A DNA stretch of 34,906 nt, from positions 1-34,906 of the forward strand of contig JAHLWZ010000975.1 of assembly GCA_020536535.1 (NCBI GenBank), written 5' to 3'. Under the pieces are notes generated by a model. It worked only from the letters and a program-made list of their open reading frames with translations. It had not been told where the DNA came from and ran no database searches. A program made the position numbers and the translations under genes. The DNA is from Pelomyxa schiedti. Lineage: Eukaryota; Protista; Evosea. Of this stretch, positions 1 through 10,694 are shown one piece after another (position 1 is the first letter of the stretch; every line of letters starts with the position of its first letter).

Positions 1-272
1 GGCCGAGGACTGTGATGCGCGTGACCACGGACCGGGATGACACCAATCCCTTGTGTTCGTGGCGCGACGCGACGCGGACCGCGGTTGTGGGATGCTGGGA
101 GCCTGCGTTGGGTGGGTCCGGCCGGACCACCCGATGGGTTCCCGGTGAACTCCTCCCATCTTTTTTTGGTTTTTTTTTTTCACTTGTGGGTCCTCATTCG
201 ATTGTTTGTTGGCTATCTCCACAGTGGACCAGATTACCGTAATGCCAACACACCTCCGTCAACAATGGAGCA
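1..272 (+). repeat. Dispersed structured repeat, copy A (left end cut by the window edge)
   Basis: Positions 1-105 are identical to the reverse complement of 32432-32536. Similarity continues through the T-tract to about 182. Positions 15-180 and 238-272 also match 34191-34377. Confidence 0.95.
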
Positions 273-574
273 TTCCCACAGGTGGAGGTGGGTGTAGTTG
301 CTGTTTGATTGACGAGATTGTGATGGCACCGCCATCAAAGAAGTCCAGTTGAAATACCGCCGCCCATACCACGCCGTTGCTTCCCACAATCAAAACACCC
401 CCTACGGGAGCTTTCAGTAGATCATGGTGGCACATCCCTCCCCAAAGTACATTCGGGGAATGTCGTTGCAGAAGAATCACACTTCCGAGTTTACAGGAGA
501 AATACATTGGCACGACGAAAAAACCAAACGCGTTTTTTGGAAACGTAGAAAAACCAACAACAAAACCCCAGGGG

Positions 575-3500
575 ATGTCGACGAGCAGCAGCACCGCGAC
601 GCCCAGCGCGCCAGCGACGCCGGCCAGCACCCGCCGGCGCGATTCGCACTCCCCCAAGCCCTCCATGGACTCCTCGTCGCTCAGGTCCGCGTCGGCGTCC
701 ACCGACCGCGGCGGAGACCTCAAGGACGTGTCGCCGGCGCCCCCGGGCACCCCGGGCGTGCACTCCTCGTCCTCGTCGTACCACACGACGACGTCGTCGT
801 CGTCGCACACGCACCACTCGACGGCGTCGTCGTCCTCGAGGGCGCACGGGCACGGGCACTCGCCCCACCACGCGCACCACTCCTCGGGCGCGGAGAAGGC
901 CGCCGTCCCCGCCACCTCGACCTCGCCGGCCACCACCGACAGCGTCTCCGGCCTCGCCGCGCTGTCGGCCTCGGCCTCGGCGTCGGCGACGGCCGGCGCC
1001 ACGCCGTCCAGGGCGTCGTCCGCATCTTCCGGCGTCGCTGCTGCTTCGGTGCCAGCTAGTACTACTGCATCTACAAGTGTTGTCACCCGAGACCCTACTC
1101 CTGAGCTGGACTCTTCCATTTCGACGGCGGTCTCCACGCCAGTTACCGGCACGGCTCTGGGTAGTTTTTCCGGGCACACGACGGCTTCTTCCGTCTCGGG
1201 GGCACAGTCTCCAGGAGGCAGCAAGGTGGTCCAGCACCGCTTCAACATCACGTTGAACACCGCGTCTCCTCTTAAACCGGCTGCTACTGTGTTTGTGCGA
1301 TGGCGCCGCGGCCTCTCCAAGAACAAAGGTTGCTCAGCGCAGAAAGTTGTGCAGCCAAACGGCGTTGCCGAGTGGAATGAGTCAATTCCTCCTTTCGCCG
1401 TACCACTCACAAAGCTGAAAGAGGGAGGTTATGAGGAAAAGCTGTTGAAGTTCACTCTTTGCCAGGTATGTGGTATTAAACAAGTGCCAACCGAACCTAA
1501 TCGCGTCTTGCAGAAAGGTAAAATTGGTAGTATTGGCAAAGGCACCATTAACCTTTCTGATTATGCGGACCTTGGTGGCCTAACACAGACAAAAGCGGTC
1601 AAAACAGGAAAATCTCTGCTGAATGTAATGGCTCTTTTCACACACGTTTCTTAACATTTCCTTTACAGATAACATTCAACTCCATCAACATGGGATCCAC
1701 TATAATTTGGTATGAATATGCCTTTACCGATATCCGTATGAGATCCTTTTAGTGATGATGATACTGAAGATAGCAGTGATAGTGATGATTCTTCAGATGG
1801 CTTTAGCAGTGATAGCAGTGATTACAAACATAAAAAGCCCAAGGACAAAGAGTATGAGGAAGTTTCTTCCACCTATAACTCAGTTATTCTAGTCACAGTA
1901 CACCTCGCAAGCCCGAACCACCTCTCGCACTTGTGGACAAAGGTTTTTGTACCGACTAGTTTTTTGTTTTTTTTTAACTTCAATACAGATAGAGAAAAAA
2001 TTGTCAAGACTTTAACATCTGAGGTATGCAATCTCACAAAACTACAAAAAAAAAAAAAATTAATAAATACCAGAAAGAGAAACAGATCAAGCCAGGAACA
2101 CAACCTCCAAATTTCCGTGAGGCAGTACTCGAAGAGCTAAAAATCGCATCAGCCAAAGCCGAATTATCATCTTCACTTGAAGATAGAATGGAGAAACTTG
2201 AAACTGAGTTAAAACAAGCAAAGCAACGAGAAATAGAAGCAAATGTGAGAATTGAGTACCTAACAAATGAAGTGCAAAGGTTAGGTGGGAATATTTTCCC
2301 AGAATCAACACCTGAAGGAGAGGCAATGCGCAAAAAAGCTGAGGAAGAAAGGAAGAAAGGAGAAAAGGATCTTAAAAGAGCTCAGGCTGAAGCAAAGCAC
2401 TATAAGAAAAAACTTCACCATGTTCTAGACAAAAGACAAAAAGAAGAAGAAGAGCGCAAGCGTAATGTTGCTCAATTTGAGCAGATGCAGAATAGTGAAC
2501 TTGCTGCAAAGGAGCAAGTAAGAAAACTACAAGAAGAATGCATCAACCTTCGTGGTCCTGGTTCTGGCTCAAAACCTGAAGAGGCTAAGACCCTTGCAGC
2601 GAAATTTGTATGTCCAAAGCACGCCCAAAGGACTTACTCAGCAGTAACATTATCACAGATTGACCTTGAACGCCAACTGCTTGTGGCCAACACACTCCAA
2701 AAAGCCTTTTTCCTTACAGACACTCCTTGCTTTGACCCCTATAACATCCCTCTGCCATGTGTTGCTGCAGTAGATTTAATTCGAAATTCTCACTCTTTCA
2801 CTTCGAAACCTGACGAGTATGCACTCATTTCTTAAAAACATCACCCATTTGGAAAAAAAGATTTCTCTTCCGCTCTCTGTGCACTGCCATAACAGCAACT
2901 GTAAAAGTGTGTCGTTCACTTGTTTATCCCACAAAAATCTCATGTCCCCAAAGTTGTATAGTCAAAATACAACCATGTCCATGTTTTGGTTTGTAAACAC
3001 ATGGCATATTTTGCAAGGGGTCTATCAAAACATGCGTGAAGTGCATTATGTCTTGTATTATCCGCCATTACTACAACGAATTCATTGACTTTTTCAAGCC
3101 CTATTTCAGAATCAGACATGCGGTTTGTTGTAAAGCCTCCTACCGCTGAGTCAAGCAACCCAATTCATGTATTTGTATCTGATCTGAAAACTATCCTTGT
3201 TAATCAATTTTTCTCGATCGTATCTACGGCAACAACGGTATTAAATTTTATATTAATTAATTAATTTTCCCCTTCTTAACACAACGCAGCAATTAGAGCC
3301 CATTATCATTCATGCTCTCCTAGAACAACAGACCGCTGTATTTGATAAATCATCTGCAAGCCAGTTTGTAAGTATAGACAAATACTGGCATTAATTATTT
3401 CCTAGAGGGAAAAAACAAAGCATAGATATTGTCGTCGGTGTTTTGTCTGAGCTTCTCCAGCGTACTCAAGCAGCCAAGCTTCCCGATTCATTATGCCATC

Positions 3501-4055
3501 AGGTGTTCTCCCAAGTTTATTTCTGGATCAATGCTATCGTTTTCAACCATATTTTGACCCACCCGACTACTTGTGAGTGTTGTATCTTCCCTTAGAACAT
3601 ACTACCCCTCATGGCAGGTACCTGCAGCACCGGGTTCCAAATAAGGTTATCACTTTCTGCTCTGGATGACTTCTTAAACCAGCACACAAATACGAGAAAA
3701 GCGAGGTGTCCTTGCCAACAGATTATTCTATTTGCCCCCGTATTCACACTTCTGCAGATCTTTCCTCAATCACACCAAACAAGCTGCCAACCTTATGGTT
3801 ATCGATAAGGCTGTACTTCAGTCCGCGATGGAGTGTTCACTCTTTGGCTCTCTCACTCAAGCACATATTGCCACCATTGTTCTATCTCTTAGACCCGATA
3901 AGTATGTGCAAAATCCTTCTGAAAACTCCTTACCAGCGCATAGAAATTTCCCCGATTCCCCTATGCCAGAGTCCCTTCTCGCCGAAATGCAAAAAGTTGA
4001 CTGTAGCGCACTGCAGCAACTGGACCCCAAGGAATTAAAAATTCCCGAAGCTTAG
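575..4055 (+). CDS. NT-C2 (EEIG1/EHBP1-type) + coiled-coil + Dilute (DIL) domain protein; multi-exon
   Basis: ATG at 575 begins a Ser/Thr/His-rich N-terminus. NT-C2-like segment: HRFNITLNTASPLKPAATVFVRWRRG...LKFTLCQ|KGKIGSIGKGTINLSDYA (intron 1466-1513). A coiled-coil exon lies at about 2070-2820. Dilute-like segment: QVFSQVYFWINAIVFNHILTHP...CSTGFQIRLSLSALDDFL...HTKQAANLMVIDK...LRPDK. Stop TAG at 4053-4055. Domain calls are by motif recognition. Confidence 0.85.
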
Positions 4056-4141
4056 TTCTGTGTTGGCCGTTTTTCTCATTCCTCAGGGAAGGAATCTTTA
4101 ACTTATAAGGAAAAAATTGTTTTTATTATAAAGAGGGTCTA

Positions 4142-7100
4142 TTACATCCAAACAAATGCCAAAACAACAGCCAAAGAAACAACCCAAAGAGCCACAGTCA
4201 TGTGGAGACCCCACAATGACTGTCTTGGTACTGATAATCCCGTTGGGGTCTGGTTGTATCCCAACAGCTCAAATAGATACACTAGAGGCAGAAGCAGTAA
4301 CCTGACACAATACCTAGCCAGTGGGTGATGTGTAAGCCATAGTGCAAATGGTGGTGATGTGGCATAGTAGAGGTCTATGAATTTACGGCCCAGATAGTGG
4401 TTGTGTAGAGTTGTATCCCTGTTTGTTTTGTTTGTTATATGAAAAGACATGATTGATATAATTGAACCTGAAACGGCGAAGTGTGTTGATTCTTGGGTCT
4501 AGGGGTGACCCATAAGCAGCAGTGGCAATGAAGCAACCACCTCTTTTGGCTTTTTTCGCACTACATTTGTAGCTCATAGCCTGGGTGTGAAGAGAAAGTG
4601 ATTCCGGTGAATAATAAGAATCCTGCCCAAAGAGTAAGGAACGGATAGCGTAAGTATGTACTAACCTCAATTGTGGGGTCATATTCATCACAAAAAAGTG
4701 CTGCCCTCCTAAAAAAAAAAAAGGTAAGCAATGGCAGACAACATGGATGCAAGTACTTTGAAATACTCTCTATCTTCGCTGATTGTTCTTGCAGATCATC
4801 CATCACCGAGGAAGACGACGAAGTAGTGGTAGAACATTGTGGTGGAGGTGGAGGTGGAGCTGCTGCTGCAGAGCCAGATGGAGGCGGCGGCGGAGCGGAT
4901 TCAGATGGAGGAGGCATGTGTGAAGGTGTTGGTGTAGGTTGAGCTTGAGGTTTAGGTTGAGGTTGGGATTGAGGTGCAGGTGAAGGCTTGGGTGGAGCGG
5001 GGCTGGCAGCGGCACATGCCGCGGGGACTGGGATTGATCTCGCCATGTCCTTCTTTTGGTTCATGGCGCTTCCTGCTTTTCCTCTGCCTTTGGCATTCGA
5101 TTTCGGTGCTTCCTCACATTTAATGTCGCATTTCATGTCACATTTCATGTCACATTTTGGGGAATAGTCACATTTTTCCTCGCATTTCGATTTTTTCTTG
5201 GCTTTGTATTCGCGTTTAACGTCACACATCCCTGCTTCTTCTTTCATCTTGCTCAACCCTCTTGGAGCACCAGGAGCGCGACGGAACTCCATGTAATCAT
5301 CCTCCTCTTCACATTCTGAGTCAGAGCTGTCACTGGCACTGCCACTGCTGCTGCTACTCGACTTGCGTCTTTGCTTATATTTTTTTTTGCCACCACCCCA
5401 CGAGGAGCTTCTTGTATCAGCAGTTGTAGAGCCGCTGATTTGCCAATCTTTTTCCCATTGAGTGGTATTTTAGAATTCAAGGCCATACGAGGATTAGATG
5501 TGGACACTTTTCTAGATTTTTTGGTTTTTTTCCCTGGAGCCCAGTAATCAAACTCAGTGTGGTGGTAAGCCTTTGGGTACATTTTCCTAAGTCCATAATT
5601 AAAATGTGAATTTCCAGGCCGACCGTAGTACTACATTTCTCACCTGGATGAGACCACACTGACGGTGGTATTATAATGAACCTTCTTTATTTCCTTCCAG
5701 TTTGTGCAAAATGGAATTTCATCCACGCTTTCTGCTTTGTCTAACGTGGCAATAGGAGGTGTGGGTTTCATCTGTACTTCCCTAGTTCATGTTTTAAAAT
5801 AAAAAAAATAGTAATCATAAAAAAGACCTACCCTCTTTTCTCTGCTTCAGTTCTTTCCTGGATGCCATTAGGGTAATGTAGGATGATTCTTTTGGAATAC
5901 CTCAACGGCAATGAAACTTGTCAACGTGGTTGCTAAAGAATACCTCACACCAAGATCTATTATTTCACCTTTGCGCTACTGTGTGGTTACAAAGAGGTAT
6001 TCTGTCTCCCTAATACCTTTTCCCGTGCAAGTTCACTTGAGACATTGTCCTCAGCAAGGCTACTTTCCTCCCAGTCTCTGTGCAGAAAGAATTCTCAGTT
6101 TAATGTAATAATGCTGGAGATAACAGACCGAACAATAGCTCGGGCGCATAGCCTGTGAAGAGTGAGTCCATTTACAGTGTCACCAATGCTTGATGTTACA
6201 GTAGTGAGAAACTGAGCCCCAGTGTCACTTTCTTTGCCTTGGAGAGTAACCTTTGGGAGAAAGAAGTTTGTAATCACCAAATATAGGCGGAGACATACGC
6301 CATGGCAGTCAGCGTTAATAAAAGAATAAACAATGACTCTATCTCCAGAGAAAAGAGACATGACCTTTTGGGGGGCCTGTCTCGCTACAGAAGGAAATAT
6401 GGTAGCAGAAGAGGCACTCCCGCTTCCCCATTTTATTGCTATATCTTTCAAACAAGCTTGCTTACTTCTAGATATTTGACTTTGTACCTATGCAGTTAAA
6501 TTAGCAGAAAACGTTTTTAAGTCCAAGTTTACCTGTCCTCGGAGTGGATTTGATTTCGAAACAAATTCACAGGCACCACCTCCTAAACGGGCAAAGGACA
6601 TGAGGTTGTGTCGGTGTACTTCAGTACCAACACCAAGGGAGAAAACCCGGGTTTTACTGTGGGGATCCTGACAGTGATCAAGAATACTCTACAAAGTATT
6701 TAGCAGATAATTCAAGAGAATGATTACCAACCTTCATCACTTGTAGATCGTTGGCAATATCACCATCAGATATGATGAACAAGTTATAATTTGTTGAGCG
6801 TTGTTGAGCATCATTACTGTCCCGGGTGCACTCAATTTCTAGAAGAACACTTTTTAAAGCGGGCCAGAGCATACTCCCTCCCCAATTCGCTTGTAATTGC
6901 TTCAGGTCATTACTTAAATAAATAGCGTGGGGTGCATTGGTACCATGATATGGTTATGAGCTATGGACTGGGTTTCAGAGGTTTTTACAACGGAGGTGAG
7001 GAAGAGTGCTTCAAATGTGGATCCAAATGTTATTACATTGAATCGAGACATCATTGGTACCCCCCAAACTAGGCCGGTTATTAAGGAAGATGATATGAGA

Positions 7101-10100
7101 AGACACACGTAAGTTGAGGGAGACCTGTTTGCATTCGAGCAGACATGGCCCCATACTAGCAGATTGATCAATAAGTAGTATATCTAAGTTTTGGTTTAGA
7201 AAATATTGAATAAGTTAAAATTTTACACTCGGTATTGGAATCCACAGATTCACTGAGAGTTGGATAGAGCGCAACCATGGCAACATACTCCTCATTGGGA
7301 GGTATTGTGTTGTTGGATTTCGTTGGGGTTAAGGCATCAAGTTGAGGTGCCTTTTCCACCCACATGAATGGTGTGTGGCTATCACACATACGAACAAGGA
7401 GTATGAAGTCACTTGAAGGAGGTTCTGAAGGTATATCAACAAAGGGAATTCAAAGCAAGGAAAAACCATCAATCCAGAACAGTGTAGCTTTTCTTGGGGT
7501 TTGCTTGAATCTTATAGAATGTGTCGGACTCTCAATTTCGTGTATCACATGTGGCATATTGATGGCAATCTCCATTGAAAATGGACCCTGCATTGCGGGA
7601 AGGTGAAAATGCATATGTAAATAAAGCCATATAAACCCGATGCTCTGTCACACTAATGGTGCTTGTATTGTGCTGTGTGATGGGAGCAAGTGCACTGTGT
7701 TTTAACTGTCCGACAAGGTTCACGGGGCAAAGAAACTTCCTAGCCATGGCTTCGATTCCCAGTTCAGTAATGTCTAGTATTTCAATTGAAGGTAAGCGTA
7801 TTCTTAATATGGAGGCTGATACATGAGATCTTAATCACAACTTTCGTGTGTGGGGGGAGATTGCCCACTGAAACTGTGAAAACATTGGATTTGGCCTCAT
7901 CGAGTAGGTAGGCCCCATCGCCTCTCTTGATTGCTTCCTTGTATTCCTTATGAGCTTGTTCTTTCTCCTTTACTACTCCAATGACATGTTTGTCTGGATG
8001 CAGGTGAATGGGAAAGAAAAGTGCTCAATAATGCATACGGTTTATGAACGCCTCAAAGCCCACAACAGCTGATTTTTCGTCTAAAGGAAAAACATATTTT
8101 GCTTCTATTGGCGTTGCACTTGTGTTATGAAATTCTTGGAGGATGACGACTTCACCCACAAGATCTACACACATCAGTTGATTGAAACGCTAAGCATGCA
8201 TACCAATCAGCTTTGCGTGGATGCTAATAGCTTCCAGTGGTATGGGTTGCCCTGTGCTAGATACTAATCCACCTTTTTCTTTGGACTGGCGAACTAGTAA
8301 AATAATGTTTTGAACAAAAAAAAACATACAGCTGGCAATTCCGGCTTTGCTGCAGGGATGTTTGAAGAATCAACAATGACACGTTTTTTTATTCCAGAGA
8401 GTATACTCGAAAGTAAGGTGTTATCCTGCTGTTTTGGGTTCTCTGGCTTAAATCCAGAAATTTCCAGAAGGTACTGCACATGTTGTTGTGCAGTGGTATA
8501 GATCACATATCTTTGAGAATCAGTTTCCATTAGAAGAATAGAACTTGACACACTCATCGTCATCAAACTCGCTTTTTACTCCTGGTATTGCTTTTACACC
8601 GCGACAACTGTTAAAACTAGGAGGAGGCGCTGTCAAGGAGAAATCGTATTTATGTAAGTCCTTCACATTCCCAAGTGCGACCCGCGATAATAACAAGTAT
8701 CTACAGAGTAAAAAGGAAGGAAAGCTATTATGAGGGATGTCCACCAACATATAAGGTACCTGTTCCCATTTTCGTCTCCAGTGGTATATTTCAAGGCTGT
8801 TAGAGGATCATCACTGAAGTAAAGGCCGGCACCAAGGTTCCCCGCATTTGTCCGCTTTACACCAAGTGTTGTGGTAACAGTATGTGGAAGTAGCATTCCT
8901 CGTGAAAGAATTCCCAGCCAATTACCTTATGATATTAAGTTCCCGGCATTACATCTCCTATTTGAGTTAACCTATGGCAGAGCCGTGAAATAGGAGCCTT
9001 TCGTTACCGATGTCTGAATTAAAATTGGACAAGTCCATTTGCCTTGAAACTTTGAATACATTCGAAACACTCAAGTGAGGTGCGTGTTGTGCCACAAGAT
9101 CTAGAACATTTGAATATTCCAGAGTTTCGGATGGGAGAAGCTCAATTGTTGCTCCAAGGGAATAATAACTTGGGAGACAGTAAGGAATGTGTAAAAGGTG
9201 GAATTACAGTACAGCAAATCAACATCTCCAAGGTTGCCTGTTAGGTTGAATGAGCCTTCTCCTATACAGGACACATCCCGCATATCCTGAAGAGTGTCCA
9301 TCCAAGATAGTACCTGCTCGATAGTAGAGATATCCTGCATTGAAAATATCAAACGAAGGAAAATGTTCTATGTGAAAATATCTACATTTTGCATGTTTGA
9401 AGCTGTAGGAACAAAGGAAAAAAATTCAGTTGTAAGTTGATGTGCAACTGTGGGGTCCAGTTCACCATTTTCTATCGCCTTTGTAGAGTTTTAGTAGTCT
9501 TTCTAAAAGGCACAAACCAACCTGCTGAATCTTCCTCAGGACCACGGCAGCTTTTTCTATTTGAGGGGAAGAGAGCTGCTTCAAGGAGATATTCTTAGAG
9601 CAAAGTTGGATTGCTGATTCCTTCCAAAGTCCAATTAAGAGCTTTCTGACAGCAGCAGGCACAATGGAGGCACTTGCTGCATCCAATAAACCATCACGTT
9701 CAAAGTTAACATAACAAACAAATAAACAAACGAGTACCAGTGGTGTTTCCTATGTTGGCAGAAGATAGAAGGACCTTTTGGTATTTATTTTTGGTTGTCT
9801 AGGAATAGTAGTTTAGAAGAAAAGAAGGTGAACTGTACTTTAAGGTACTTTTTCTCTGAAGAGTGAACCGTAAACAGCCACGGCATCAGTCCATGAATGA
9901 ACATACATGTGATAGGGTTTTGAAATGTTTTTATCTAGTTGTTCCATTGTGCCCTTAAGTGTTACGATGCGAAAGAAGCGTGCTTGTCCATCCACTGTGC
10001 AATGTTATCTAAGAATGATGAAAGATGATAACCTCCAATGTGCAGTTCCATTAGCAATAAAGATGACCTCTTAACAAAGAACTTGGAGAGTAAATCTCTT

Positions 10101-10631
10101 CTCACAACAAAGTATGTCTGAGGGAAGTACGGTGCATCAATTGAATTTGCCTCATATTCCTACCAAAAAGGAGAAAGATAATGGTGAGCCTCCAGTTTAC
10201 AAGGAAATAAGATAGAAATATTCTCCGGTCAATATCCAAGCATAACGTCTGCACACCCTCACAACTCTATGTGCCCAAGTCCCAAGGCTAGCATTGCCTT
10301 CGAATTCAGAAATTTGGTGCATGTCATCGCGAATGACGTGGGCAGTGGGGTCCAATGGCACTGACACAGGCGGTGGCCCAACTGGGCCCGGCTCGACCAC
10401 CGGTGGGTCACACACCACGTCCTGCAACTCCGGGGGCGGCGGCAAGTTGGTGTCCCACGCCGCAGCCTCGTTGCACGACAACTTGGCGCGCTGGACCAGG
10501 TGGTCCCTCAGTCCCCCGCCCGGAGGAGCAAGTTGGGGTCGGGGCCTGGGCGGCGGCTTGTTCCACAGGGTCCTGGGCTGAAATCTTTTGACGACCACTA
10601 CCGGCCTGTTGGGCTTCAACCTCGACGGCAT
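4142..10631 (-). CDS. PARP4: PARP4 (vault PARP)-like protein: PARP regulatory + catalytic, VIT, vWA, low-complexity linker, Ras switch-I peptide, CFI-box-CTERM and C-terminal TM; multi-exon
   Basis: Spliced motifs RLLFHGSAIGNWLGILSRGMLLP, GVKRTNAGNLGAGLYFSDDPLTALKY, VALGNVKDLHKYDFSLTAPPPSFNSCRGV and EFDDDE|YVIY parallel the PARP4 catalytic domain. VIT: GGLVSSTGQPIPLEAISIHAKLI...VKEKEQAHKEYKEAIKRGDGAYLLDE...VFTVSVGNLPP. vWA: NLFIISDG and QAPQKVMSLFSGDRVIVYSF. Continuity into the 4142-5700 tail relies on predicted introns and is less certain than the core. Confidence 0.85.
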
Positions 10632-10694
10632 TCTCGGTTTATTTGAATTGTTTTTTGTTTTGCTTTTCGTTTGTTCGGTTGGGTCGGTTTTTAA

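Noticed and set aside
1-182. The repeat as vault RNA (given the nearby PARP4), tRNA or a rho-independent terminator
   Set aside because: No recognisable Pol III B box, cloverleaf or vault-RNA termini. Intrinsic terminators do not apply to this intron-containing eukaryotic DNA.
259-1410. 383-aa minus-strand ORF and other overlapping ORFs in 424-1237
   Set aside because: Antisense or alternative-frame shadows of a GC-rich low-complexity exon; the plus frame carries the NT-C2 domain.
4561-4720. Circularly permuted Ras (cpRas) or a full Ras domain
   Set aside because: Only the switch-I peptide is present; there is no GxxxxGKS upstream and no DxxG, NKxD or SAK nearby.
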